IMG/VR virus record: IMGVR_UViG_3300036860_000057
Span: 14,574-78,573 of that record
Origin: a virus
DNA length: 64,000 nucleotides
Direction: 5' to 3' (one strand)
The notes under the pieces were generated by a model. It was not told the DNA's origin. It saw nothing but the letters and a program-made list of their open reading frames with translations, and made no database searches. Of the stretch, positions 1 to 9,434 are shown one piece after another (positions within the stretch are counted from its first letter, which is position 1; the number at the start of each line of letters is the position of its first letter). A program made the position numbers and the translations under genes.

Positions 1-268
1 TCGGCGTATTAGTCGGCGTGGATGGTGCTTGAGTCTCTGTAGGAACTTCTGTATCAGTGGCAGTTGGTAAGGCAGTGTTCTCTTGAGTTGGCTCATTGGT
101 TGCTGTCTCAGTTGGTGTGAGTTCTGGTGTAAAGAAGGTAACTTGAACTGAAGGTTCCGAAGTAGGAACTGTAGCAGGAAGAGTAGGAAAGGTTCCTGTA
201 GGTGTGGAGACACATCCAGTCCATGTCAATATGGTAATTAGAAATAAAACTCTCTTTAAGTTAACCAA
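1..268 (-). CDS. Pro/Thr-rich lipoprotein, runs off the window start
   Basis: Hand translation from TTG at 268: VNLKRVLFLITILTWTGC (signal plus lipobox-like Cys), then a PT/ET-rich linker; not in the ORF track because it is truncated. Confidence 0.7.
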   Translation of the reverse strand, partial: MVNLKRVLFLITILTWTGCVSTPTGTFPTLPATVPTSEPSVQVTFFTPELTPTETATNEPTQENTALPTATDTEVPTETQAPSTPTNTP

Positions 269-1413
269 TCGTTAAACACCCACCCAGTAATATTTCCTGT
301 CCTAATATATGACCAGTTATCCAGCATATTCTCTACTTCAACGACTGTACCATTCTGAAGAGTAGTCAACACAGGTGACTGGAAATCAGGATGTGTTCTG
401 ACATTCAGTACACGAGTTCCAGTGCTGACTATCTTTTCATTAGGTGGACGATGAGTTTCCATGTAAACATTCAGGCATTCAAATACTCTTCCTCTTACAT
501 CCCACTGCTGCCATACAGGAGAGAGTGCTCCAAAACAAAAGATAGTAGCCCCTACCACATAATAGTCTCTATAGAGTTGACGATCTGCCCATTCCAACAT
601 CTTTTCATAATACAATGCACCGTCTAACTGATGATCATGAGCAGCCCAGTATGCTTGGCACTGAGTCCAAGGCCCTACAGGATAGCCTACCAGCTTATCT
701 ATTACATCTGTGCCAGCCCTATCTAGACCCAATTCAGTCAACACTATCTTGATACGTGTCCAGCCATTAGGCAGGATGTGAGTTCTCCAGACCTTTCTAT
801 AGCGTCCAAACAGCCAGCCCTCTTCATAGGTTGGTGGCATTTCTATTCGCTGATTGGCTAGCATCTGTTCACGTTGATTAGGACCATAGAACATATCCAT
901 GTACAGCCCACCATATTCGTGTAATCCTAAGTAGTTACTATAGAGATCACATGCTTCCAGCGCAGGATAGAAATGTTCCCAAGGATCATTCGTATCAGGC
1001 TTGATAGGTGGGGAGCCAGTTGAGAAGTTGCCTATACATGCAGAGAATCCTTCCTCATGCATGATTCTCTGGCGTTCTGCTTCGAACTTTCCATACTGAA
1101 GCATCCAGTCCCAGTTGCTCATTTCGTTAAATGACTCCCACTTGGCCCAAGGAGTCAGTGTCATAGCAGGACGAAAGGCATCTACCCAATACTTAGCTGC
1201 ACCTACTGGATCAGTGAGAATTCTTCCACTCTCCCATCGAGCGAAGTCATCTGCCTGCCCAAAGTCTCTGGCAATATAAACTTTCGTATCGCCATAGACA
1301 TCATGTATCTGCTTGAGTAGAGAAGGAGAACCTGTTTTTACTACACGTGCATGTGACAGAGCAGGAATGAGTCCTGTGAAGCTATCAATGATAAAGTAGC
1401 CAAGCTTGGTCAC
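256..1413 (-). CDS. Putative glycoside hydrolase (GH-A-like) with C-terminal SH3b domain; possible cell-wall hydrolase
   Basis: FNE, GLHEY and LTELG motifs; C-terminal LNVRTHP...GWV is SH3b-like. Confidence 0.6.
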   Translation of the reverse strand: MTKLGYFIIDSFTGLIPALSHARVVKTGSPSLLKQIHDVYGDTKVYIARDFGQADDFARWESGRILTDPVGAAKYWVDAFRPAMTLTPWAKWESFNEMSNWDWMLQYGKFEAERQRIMHEEGFSACIGNFSTGSPPIKPDTNDPWEHFYPALEACDLYSNYLGLHEYGGLYMDMFYGPNQREQMLANQRIEMPPTYEEGWLFGRYRKVWRTHILPNGWTRIKIVLTELGLDRAGTDVIDKLVGYPVGPWTQCQAYWAAHDHQLDGALYYEKMLEWADRQLYRDYYVVGATIFCFGALSPVWQQWDVRGRVFECLNVYMETHRPPNEKIVSTGTRVLNVRTHPDFQSPVLTTLQNGTVVEVENMLDNWSYIRTGNITGWVFNDWLT

Positions 1414-2670
1414 TTAACCTTCTCCTCCCGGTAGATACTTATCAGCAAACTTCTCAGTCCCTATCTGAATCACCGACCAAGTAGTAGAACTTGAGCAGGA
1501 AGATGTTGATCCCCAATATTCCCCACTCTTCTCTTCGGCTATGCAGAAAAATTTAACAATGTCGCCTACAGTATAGGTCAGACCTGTCAGGTTAGTGGCG
1601 ATGTTGTAATCTCTGGAAGTCCTGATATTCGTGACACGAGTATACTTATAGTATTCATCTGCATTATAAAACGCAGGAAACGATCCACTGGCAGGCGTAG
1701 GAGTCACTACTGATGTTGGTGTGGAAGTAGGTATAGGTGTAGAACTAGGAACACTTCCACCAGAACACACAACAGACAAGTCGTCTAGGTAATTATTATT
1801 GTTTCTGAAAGGCCATAGCCTTATATTATCGTAGAAAATAGTAGTCTTAGTGCTAGTTGCTACGAAGTCATAAGACACTTTCGCCCAGCGATCATACACA
1901 CCATCATCATAACCAAAGGCACGAGATTTCAGCACACCGCCAGCAAAAGCATTCGTTCCGCCAGCAGTGTCTACTAGGATATAGAATGTGGCATTTGCCT
2001 TGTCATCTGTTGTAAATAAATGACTCTTGTGCGGATCAAGATCACCATCTGCACCAGACCATGCTTGAACATAGCCAGTTGCAGTACAGGATGATCCTGG
2101 AACAGTTGTTATTGTCTGATAAATTCCTCCTTCTATGGCACGATAGAAACCAAAGTATTCTACTGCATTCGTTCCACTATGAATTCTCAAGGCATCCTGA
2201 TCTACAGCAGCAGGCTTATATTCTGGTCTGCCTAATTTTAATCCTGTAGGATTGCCAGTTCCTTGTCTGTAAGCAGGACATCCATCACAGTAAAATGCTG
2301 TCCAATCTCTTGGAACAATATGATAGAATCCATCACTATGAAGTTTACTAATATATGGTCCTTCCAGTCCACCATCTTTGAACAAGTTAGTTCCCGTTAT
2401 CTGAGTAGGAACAGCAGTAAGACTTGGCACTACTGTAGGTGTCTTAGTAGCTGAAGGTACAGCAGTGGGAGAGGGGTTTGGCGGGGTTGGGGTGAGGGTA
2501 GCGCTAGCGCTACTGGCAGGGGTAAGTGTTACTATCTTCTTGCAATAGATAGAACCTGATCCATCTGCATAGAGATCAGCTTTACAGTCAGAAGCATTGA
2601 ACTCTGTGTGAGTAGCGCCTGCACAAGCAGTAAGTAAAATAAGTGCAATGAGGATGATGTATCTTTTCAT
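1414..2670 (-). CDS. Secreted lipoprotein with carbohydrate-binding-like domain and S/T/P linkers
   Basis: Signal peptide with LTAC lipobox; NLFKDGGLE...YLDDLSV jelly-roll-like pattern. Confidence 0.6.
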   Translation of the reverse strand: MKRYIILIALILLTACAGATHTEFNASDCKADLYADGSGSIYCKKIVTLTPASSASATLTPTPPNPSPTAVPSATKTPTVVPSLTAVPTQITGTNLFKDGGLEGPYISKLHSDGFYHIVPRDWTAFYCDGCPAYRQGTGNPTGLKLGRPEYKPAAVDQDALRIHSGTNAVEYFGFYRAIEGGIYQTITTVPGSSCTATGYVQAWSGADGDLDPHKSHLFTTDDKANATFYILVDTAGGTNAFAGGVLKSRAFGYDDGVYDRWAKVSYDFVATSTKTTIFYDNIRLWPFRNNNNYLDDLSVVCSGGSVPSSTPIPTSTPTSVVTPTPASGSFPAFYNADEYYKYTRVTNIRTSRDYNIATNLTGLTYTVGDIVKFFCIAEEKSGEYWGSTSSCSSSTTWSVIQIGTEKFADKYLPGGEG

Positions 2671-3005
2671 GAGGCTATCTTACCATATTATGAGGATATG
2701 ATGTAACTGTGAGGATTGTGAAAACTTGCACGCAACTAGTTTTATTATATTATATTCTGTAAAGAATCATATAGTATAAAACTATATAGATTCATTGTAT
2801 GATCTATATAATAATAGTCCTGCTACACTATTCGTTCCGCAGTCCTATTATCATTATACCTAGCAGCATAAAACTGTCAAGTGATTCTAGGAAATTGGAT
2901 GCTTAAAATATTGATTCTAAAATTCCGTGCCTAAATATATGACTTCTTAAATTTAGATGCATTCATATAATATGTGTGTTATAATATTGTTATTCGGAGG
3001 ATATT

Positions 3006-3257
3006 ATGGCAGTGTCTTATGAAAATTATGATCAGGAAAAGTTAGTTCCATTCTCAACTTATAGTAGTCACATTCTCAGTGTGATGGGAACTGTGTTTTC
3101 TCTGCGAGTGATGCTCGAAGATACACTTCCTTATCTTCCAGAAGGGCATCGATTAGTTATTCAAGATTATATCAAGAAAACATCTGAAGAACTGAAGGAA
3201 ATTGAATTTTATATGATGAAAATCGCAGAGAATGAGGCAGACAGTGAAATAAAATGA
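3006..3257 (+). CDS. Hypothetical protein
   Basis: GGAGG RBS; stop overlaps the next ORF. Confidence 0.6.
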   Translation: MAVSYENYDQEKLVPFSTYSSHILSVMGTVFSLRVMLEDTLPYLPEGHRLVIQDYIKKTSEELKEIEFYMMKIAENEADSEIK

Positions 3258-3484
3258 CAGAAAATTGTATTTCTTATAATCCCGATGATGACTCTCCAGT
3301 TGAACCAGAATGGGAAACGCTTGTTGGTCTGATGGCATATAAACTGATGCGAGACAACCAAATGATCCGACATCAGATGGCTTGTAAGGAAGAGAAGGCA
3401 TTACTTTATATGAACTTTGCACATAGTATTTTGCAGTCAGAGGGACTGCTGTTTGTGGATATGGCTGAGGATGATGAAGACTAG
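3254..3484 (+). CDS. Hypothetical protein
   Basis: ATGA overlap with upstream ORF. Confidence 0.55.
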   Translation: MTENCISYNPDDDSPVEPEWETLVGLMAYKLMRDNQMIRHQMACKEEKALLYMNFAHSILQSEGLLFVDMAEDDED

Positions 3485-3505
3485 TTTAATGGGTGAGGGG
3501 ATTAT

Positions 3506-3802
3506 ATGTCAGAAAAGAAAGGCGGGCGTTTAGCTGTAATTTTCGTTCCATTTGATGAAGTTCCTGGGTCTGGGTCTGATCCTCTCGAAGAAATCCTACG
3601 TCTATATGTGCGCTGCACAGGTGAAATACACTATAGATACGAACAAGAGAAAGCTAAGTATCTGGATAAGGTTACATCTCAGACTCAATCTGAGTTACTT
3701 CACATCCACCTGAAAGCCATGCATGATATAATTGACTTGGGCTATAGCCCGCAGGCTGCATCTGAGATGCTGGGCAGACCAACACTGGATCATTTTAAGT
3801 AA
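3506..3802 (+). CDS. Hypothetical protein
   Basis: GAGG RBS, operon context. Confidence 0.6.
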   Translation: MSEKKGGRLAVIFVPFDEVPGSGSDPLEEILRLYVRCTGEIHYRYEQEKAKYLDKVTSQTQSELLHIHLKAMHDIIDLGYSPQAASEMLGRPTLDHFK

Positions 3803-3831
3803 TTGACACTCAGGATGAAAAGGTGTAGAAT
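3803..3831 (+). promoter_or_regulatory. sigma70-type promoter
   Basis: TTGACA-N17-TAGAAT with TG extension. Confidence 0.6.
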
Positions 3832-3861
3832 TACATCTTAAAATTATATAAGGAAAGGCGA

Positions 3862-4110
3862 TTGTTTCAGATGAGATACTTTTTTAGTGTGAACACAGAT
3901 CATTTCGTTACATTTTCTAAGAGTGAGTATGATCCAGACTTTACTGAGATACATTCTCAAAGTGATGTTGAGTCACTGTTCCTGTTTGCAGAACTACCTA
4001 ACAGTAAAAAGATAGATGTTATCTTGCGGGGATTAGATGAAGCATACAGACATGACTATGAAAGCAATCGTATTTTAGAAGAAGCTCGTGATCTTAATAT
4101 TATTGACTAG
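3862..4110 (+). CDS. Hypothetical protein
   Basis: ORF downstream of promoter, AAGG RBS. Confidence 0.5.
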   Translation: MFQMRYFFSVNTDHFVTFSKSEYDPDFTEIHSQSDVESLFLFAELPNSKKIDVILRGLDEAYRHDYESNRILEEARDLNIID

Positions 4111-4115
4111 AAAGG

Positions 4116-4427
4116 GTGTATGAAATGGAATGGTGGATGAAGTCTTTTCGAAGAACTAAAATGTTGCGTAGCATGTCTTTGTGGAAATCCCCTAGTGGTG
4201 AATGGAAAATTGAATGTCACCATAATAAATATCATGGTACTCCTCAAGAAATAATATTACCTTTTAGAACCTACAGAAATTTATCAGAAGATAAAGTCAA
4301 TATGATAATTCGTGCAGCTTGTAATAGTGGAATAATTCCTCTTATCTTGGATGGTATCTTTGATAATAAGACTACTACGATTTCTTTACATAGATACCAC
4401 AATAATCAGTTGTTGACCGAAAAGTAG
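4116..4427 (+). CDS. Hypothetical protein
   Basis: ORF in operon; start uncertain. Confidence 0.45.
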   Translation: MYEMEWWMKSFRRTKMLRSMSLWKSPSGEWKIECHHNKYHGTPQEIILPFRTYRNLSEDKVNMIIRAACNSGIIPLILDGIFDNKTTTISLHRYHNNQLLTEK

Positions 4428-4441
4428 TATTATGATATACT
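4413..4441 (+). promoter_or_regulatory. sigma70-type promoter upstream of structured leader and methyltransferase
   Basis: TTGACC-N17-TATACT. Confidence 0.6.
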
Positions 4442-4445
4442 TTAG

Positions 4446-4544
4446 GTAGTGTGTGGTAGCACTACATTGTAAGGCTATAGCTTGAAACTAAGAGGCTGGC
4501 TGATGACTACCACCATCAGTTGGCCTCTTAGTTTTGGGCTATAG
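4446..4544 (+). ncRNA. Two-hairpin leader RNA with complementary loops (c4-antisense-like architecture)
   Basis: Hairpin GTAGTG/CACTAC with loop TGTGGTAG; 31-bp stem 4475-4544 fully paired using G-U wobbles, loop ACTACCAC. Confidence 0.65.
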
Positions 4545-4568
4545 AAAGTTTATAATTACCATATCGTC

Positions 4569-5804
4569 ATGGAGAATAGAATGTCAGAAGAATACCAGTT
4601 AGTAGTAGTAAGCAATAATAAGAGTATTGCAGAATCAGCTAATAGAAAAGTTAAATATACACCCACTGGACTAATTTTTAGTGGGGAAGAGCTTGTTGAT
4701 GAAGAGCGGGATTATCTGCATAACGCTAATGAGATGTTTAGGGTAGGAATGCAGTGGTGTGAGGGTGATCTTCTTGTTGATGATGATAAGACTCCTTATG
4801 GTGAGATGTATAAAGAGCGAATGAAGTCTACAGGAAAGAAGTATGGCACACTGGCAAATTGGAAGTGGGTAGCCAAGTCAATTGAGTTTTCACGGCGTCG
4901 TGAAAACCTCTCTTGGAACCATCATTATGAAGTAGTCCACTATGATCCAGAGACTCAAGATCGTCTCTTAGATTGGTGTGAGAAGGACCCACACACAGGA
5001 CAGAAGCATTCTGTCAGAGATTTAAGAAATCTTATTAATGCAGCTAAACGAATGGAAGTTGATACTCCCGCTCCCTCTGCTGGGTTGTCAGAGTCAATCT
5101 ATAGTGTATTTCGTGGTGATGTGTGGCAGTTGGGCAATCATCGGATCATGTGTGGAGATTCTTACAATCAAGATGATGTAGATAAACTACTGAGAGATGC
5201 TAAACCAACAGCACTAATCAGTGATCCACCTTATGGAATTGACTACAAGCCTAACTGGAATAAGTGGGATGGATCAGCATCAGACTTTAATCCGGTAGAA
5301 GGTGATGATCAGGACTTCGATCCAACACCTTTCCTAAACTACCTTATTGTCTGCCTATTTGGGGCTAATTATTACAGTCCTAAATTGCCTGTGGGCGGAT
5401 GGTTGTGCTGGGATAAGAGGGCTGGGGATGTAGTAAAGGATTCAATGTTGGGATCACCCTTCGAGTTAGCATGGTATCGATCTATCAGGACTACCAGAAA
5501 AGCTATCATGGTGCGTGTTCTACACGGTGGAGTAGTGAATGCTGATAGCTCAGAAGGCAACAATGAGAAGCGTCACCATCCTACTCAGAAACCTGTACAG
5601 GTTATGCGAGAAATACTAGAAAATCTTACAACTAACTCTGATGTTGTATATGATCCTTTTGCTGGCTCAGGTTCTACGCTCTTGGCCTGTCAGGAAACTG
5701 GAAGAAGTTGCCTAGCAATGGAAATTGATCCTGAGTATGTAGCGATTGTTTTACGGCGCTGGGAAAAAATGACAGGTGAAGTTCCTGTAAGATTGGAGTC
5801 TTAG
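4569..5804 (+). CDS. LmbU-like N-terminal domain fused to beta-class N6A/N4C DNA methyltransferase
   Basis: SDPPY (motif IV), HPTQKP, DPFAGSGST (motif I); N-terminal WCEGD..YG..WKWVA..SRRRENLSWNHH resembles LmbU family. Confidence 0.85.
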   Translation: MENRMSEEYQLVVVSNNKSIAESANRKVKYTPTGLIFSGEELVDEERDYLHNANEMFRVGMQWCEGDLLVDDDKTPYGEMYKERMKSTGKKYGTLANWKWVAKSIEFSRRRENLSWNHHYEVVHYDPETQDRLLDWCEKDPHTGQKHSVRDLRNLINAAKRMEVDTPAPSAGLSESIYSVFRGDVWQLGNHRIMCGDSYNQDDVDKLLRDAKPTALISDPPYGIDYKPNWNKWDGSASDFNPVEGDDQDFDPTPFLNYLIVCLFGANYYSPKLPVGGWLCWDKRAGDVVKDSMLGSPFELAWYRSIRTTRKAIMVRVLHGGVVNADSSEGNNEKRHHPTQKPVQVMREILENLTTNSDVVYDPFAGSGSTLLACQETGRSCLAMEIDPEYVAIVLRRWEKMTGEVPVRLES

Positions 5805-5805
5805 A

Positions 5806-6372
5806 ATGGCAGGGATTACTAGGATTCATATTAAATCTGATTCAAAGTATCTGGAAGAGAGATTAAAAATAGCACACGACTTTGAAGAACAGGCTAATGA
5901 TGTATATCGGAATTTATTTTATAATTTGGAGTTCCCTTTAGCAGATGGAGAAGAAGTTATAGAAGTACCTAAAGGTGACAGATTCGCAAGGTATGACTGG
6001 CAAGAAGGAATAGACATCATACTTGAGTTTAAGTATGGAGATGGTAAGGCTACACTACAGGAGAAGGTACTTACTTATGGGGAAAAGACTACTTTGACTG
6101 TAGAAGAAAATAAAGCTAGTGGTGCTAAAGGGGCATGGTATTACTGTACAGCACAGTATTATTCTGTGTTCTATGTAGTGGATAAAACTAAACCACAACT
6201 AGGATTTAGAGACTGGATAGTAGTCAACTTTGCTGCATTGAAATTACGTAGATATGGTTGGCAAATCCAAGATGGAATAGAAAGAGGAGAAACTTTTAGA
6301 TTTATAGACTTTTCTAAAATTAATTCAGATTGCATAATAGGAAGCAAATTCAAAGGTTCAGGAGCCTTCTAA
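5806..6372 (+). CDS. Hypothetical protein, possible PD-(D/E)xK nuclease-like
   Basis: D..EGID...QEK pattern; directly downstream of the methyltransferase. Confidence 0.4.
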   Translation: MAGITRIHIKSDSKYLEERLKIAHDFEEQANDVYRNLFYNLEFPLADGEEVIEVPKGDRFARYDWQEGIDIILEFKYGDGKATLQEKVLTYGEKTTLTVEENKASGAKGAWYYCTAQYYSVFYVVDKTKPQLGFRDWIVVNFAALKLRRYGWQIQDGIERGETFRFIDFSKINSDCIIGSKFKGSGAF

Positions 6373-6593
6373 TGAACAAATCCAAAGTAACTCGTGAAGT
6401 CTACAAGAAAACTGTTTATCGCTGGTTCGCCAATCTTGGATGTGTAGCCCAAGCACTCACACCTAAGCAACACATTTATCTGATCTGGTACTTTCAGTCC
6501 AAGTGTGTGTGGTCAGTACATTGTAGAAAGACTGGTGATAGACGAGAATTTACAGACCTGGAGGACATGAAACGGCATCTTTCTAGCAAATAG
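6372..6593 (+). CDS. Hypothetical protein
   Basis: Likely start MNKSK after AGGAG, overlapping the upstream stop. Confidence 0.5.
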   Translation: MNKSKVTREVYKKTVYRWFANLGCVAQALTPKQHIYLIWYFQSKCVWSVHCRKTGDRREFTDLEDMKRHLSSK

Positions 6594-6615
6594 AAAATAA
6601 CAAAGGAGAATACAA

Positions 6616-7710
6616 ATGACTGAAGCCAAACTTAGAAAAATAATTTTGTGGATTTCAAAGATTGCGATCTTAGTAATTTCTGCACCAGCTACGCTTGGTG
6701 TGGTTGATCAGGCTTATAGAGGTAAGGTTGTACAAATACTAGGACTAGACCTTCTCTGGTTGATCAAAATTGCTGTATTAGCAATGGTAGAAGGCGCATT
6801 TCTTTATTTCTGGCAACTAGTAGAAGATAACAAAAGTCTACAAACAAAAGAAGAACAGGAACAAAATACTTATATCCTTGCGGCATGGAGTATGTATGGT
6901 GTTTTGTTATTTGTAGGTATTCTACATGGAGAAGGCGCAGCTTCTTTAGTATTTCGTTTTGCTATGGGTCTTCTTATGTATGTAGCTACAAATGATAAAC
7001 TGGCTGCAATGAGAAGAAAATATCAAACAGAGCAAGCCTCTGGTAAAAGAAAATCAAGAAAGGTACGACAGGCAGAGGCTAAAGCAGAAGAAGAAATCTC
7101 TTTACATCTTATCTCTGCAAACAAAGGAAAACAAATTGCAGCTATAGACAGTCAAGAGAATCTGATGATAACAGTAAGTGAGGTTTCTGCTAAGAAAAGA
7201 ATTTTGTTATTGAACAAAGTAGAAATTGTAGATGGTGAGGTGATAGAAATCAAATCACTACCAGCAGGACAACCTGTAACAAATACTGAAGAAGAGAATA
7301 CAAACCAAGAAGAAAAGAAAGAAGAAACCACAACAAAACCGGAACAAACAGAACAAGAAGTAATAGAAACTGATTGTTATGTGATTACTTCACAAGAAAA
7401 TGGTTTTCTAGTCTCTTGTAAGTTGTGCTCTTATTCAGTTCTAAAAACAAATGTTCCAGGGAAAGATACCAAATTATCAGCTATTCGTGCAGCATCAAGA
7501 CATTGTGGTATGCATAAAGAGAAGGAGGAGCCTAAACAACTTCCACCATCTGAATCGGTAGTGATAAGAACTCCTACTGAGGAGGAATTTGAAAAGGCTA
7601 CACAAGAAGTGGTAGAACAATTTAAGGATGGATTGAATTATCTAGCGGAGACACCAACTACTGATCCTGAGAGTAGGTTTCAGCAGCAATCTGGTGCAGG
7701 AGAGTTTTAG
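6616..7710 (+). CDS. Membrane protein with coiled coil and C2H2-like Zn motif
   Basis: About four N-terminal hydrophobic segments; CKLC...HCGMH; AAGGAG RBS. Confidence 0.6.
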   Translation: MTEAKLRKIILWISKIAILVISAPATLGVVDQAYRGKVVQILGLDLLWLIKIAVLAMVEGAFLYFWQLVEDNKSLQTKEEQEQNTYILAAWSMYGVLLFVGILHGEGAASLVFRFAMGLLMYVATNDKLAAMRRKYQTEQASGKRKSRKVRQAEAKAEEEISLHLISANKGKQIAAIDSQENLMITVSEVSAKKRILLLNKVEIVDGEVIEIKSLPAGQPVTNTEEENTNQEEKKEETTTKPEQTEQEVIETDCYVITSQENGFLVSCKLCSYSVLKTNVPGKDTKLSAIRAASRHCGMHKEKEEPKQLPPSESVVIRTPTEEEFEKATQEVVEQFKDGLNYLAETPTTDPESRFQQQSGAGEF

Positions 7711-7717
7711 AAACTAA

Positions 7718-7744
7718 AAGAGGCTACTCAATAAGTAGCCTCTT
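7718..7744. terminator. Bidirectional intrinsic terminator between convergent operons
   Basis: AAGAGGCTACT-caata-AGTAGCCTCTT. Confidence 0.7.
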
Positions 7745-7763
7745 CTGTTATAGACTATAAAAC

Positions 7764-8861
7764 TTAGTTCTTAGATAATGCTACAGCCTGCTTGAATGCT
7801 CCATCCATTGCCTCACCACGATCACCAATTAGAATATTAGTCATCTGCTTGGCTTTATCACCACGATATACATCACTGTGGTTGATCGTCTGAGTAATGG
7901 CTTGGAATCCACCATACACAGTGTCAGCAGCATAGCTGTACTCATTATTTAACTTCTGGAAATTACCACGAGCCTCTAGGCGAAGTTCACCAATGGTTGT
8001 ATTCCTCTTGTCCATCCAATCCTGCTTATCTTGTGCTACTACGCGAGTAGCATTAATCGCCTTGGAAGATGCACCTGCTGGAATGATACGAGCAAGCTCT
8101 AGTTCTCTAGGTTCTGCTACATAAGGAAAGGCAGACACCAGCAGTGAGTCAAGTCCATCTAAAGTCAATGGAGTTCTTAGCATCTGCTCGAATTGATGAA
8201 GTGCCTTGGTTCGTTCTTTCTCAGCAATCACCATCAGATCACGCCTAAATTCTAGCTCACGATGAATGTCTCCATTGTGAGGAATTCGATGCATCTCACG
8301 AGCGCTGCTCATTGCCAGCATATATGTGTTATAGCACACTTCACGAACTGTAGTAATTCCCCAGAAGGCTGCACCAGGGCCAGAACGATCATCTGATACA
8401 TGCAGATAGGTACGTGTCTTCTCAGTCTCAATTCCACCTACTTCATAGTCTTCCATGCGTAGAGTAATGAAGCTGATCTGCCAATCTTTCACCACTGCAC
8501 AAGTCTCAACAGGATATTTCTCGGATACTGGATCGAGGATTTTGCCAAGGTCCCTGTGTTGGATCATCTTGTAGCGATTGCCAATCCCACTGCGAACCAG
8601 TCTTGGTTCAGGGTCAGATGGAATAGGCTCACGCCACATATCGAAACGATTCTTCACAGGAATACGATGCACTTCTGTAGGCTTGCCATTCTCATCATAA
8701 GCCAGAGGATATTCTGAGTAAGCTGGATGCAGAGAATACTCGAAGTTCATTCCTGCCCATTCCAGTGCTTCAGATGCAATCATAGGGGTGTTGAACACCG
8801 GCATTTTCTCGTGCCATGCCCCTGTCTCGTATCCAGCACCAATGTTGAAGTAATCAGGCAT
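7764..8861 (-). CDS. DUF932 (LGT_TIGR03299-like) phage/plasmid protein
   Basis: AWH N-terminus, Y..IQH, TTVREVCYNT motif, GFQAITQ. Confidence 0.75.
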   Translation of the reverse strand: MPDYFNIGAGYETGAWHEKMPVFNTPMIASEALEWAGMNFEYSLHPAYSEYPLAYDENGKPTEVHRIPVKNRFDMWREPIPSDPEPRLVRSGIGNRYKMIQHRDLGKILDPVSEKYPVETCAVVKDWQISFITLRMEDYEVGGIETEKTRTYLHVSDDRSGPGAAFWGITTVREVCYNTYMLAMSSAREMHRIPHNGDIHRELEFRRDLMVIAEKERTKALHQFEQMLRTPLTLDGLDSLLVSAFPYVAEPRELELARIIPAGASSKAINATRVVAQDKQDWMDKRNTTIGELRLEARGNFQKLNNEYSYAADTVYGGFQAITQTINHSDVYRGDKAKQMTNILIGDRGEAMDGAFKQAVALSKN

Positions 8862-8903
8862 TGTTCTTTCCTTTCATATAAGTGTGTTTTATAGTCTAAT
8901 TAT

Positions 8904-8932
8904 ATTATATTCCTATTTTATAGTGTTGTCAA
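8904..8932 (-). promoter_or_regulatory. sigma70 consensus promoter
   Basis: TTGACA-N17-TATAAT on minus strand. Confidence 0.75.
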
Positions 8933-9311
8933 CCAACTTCCCATCTCTGAACTCAACAATTTCTACATAATCAGCAGTTCCTACATCCCAGCGAGGATTG
9001 AAGTTAGGATCATTGAATGTATCAATATAAAGACTCCAATCCTTACTATTTCCATATTGATTAGTGAGGTAATCATAGAAAAGAGATACAGGAGTCATAG
9101 TAACCAAACACGCCTCACATCCAAAGTCTGAAATTTCTCGTGCTCCATAGTGAATTAGATAAGCATGTTGGACGATACTTTCCTTGTCTTTATGAACCCA
9201 ATGTCTGATGTATTCAGCTACATTTTTGGCATTAAATCCATTATCACCTGCAATAACCTTGCAGACTACTTCTCCATCTACTACTACTGAAACGAGTCCT
9301 TGTGTTGCCAT
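8913..9311 (-). CDS. Hypothetical protein
   Basis: AAGGA RBS; CxxC. Confidence 0.65.
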   Translation of the reverse strand: MATQGLVSVVVDGEVVCKVIAGDNGFNAKNVAEYIRHWVHKDKESIVQHAYLIHYGAREISDFGCEACLVTMTPVSLFYDYLTNQYGNSKDWSLYIDTFNDPNFNPRWDVGTADYVEIVEFRDGKLVDNTIK

Positions 9312-9434
9312 TATTGATCCTTTCTAAACATGCACGCCAATATTGAACTACTAAAATCATTAAAACATTCTCTGATTTTCCCAATCAAGTGATTTTACTG
9401 TTCCATACTATGATTTCTAATTACCATATTGATG

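Noticed and set aside
4492-4530. Hammerhead at CTGATGA near 4500
   Set aside because: GAAAC and CTGATG both lie in one arm of a continuous 31-bp stem; no three-way junction is available
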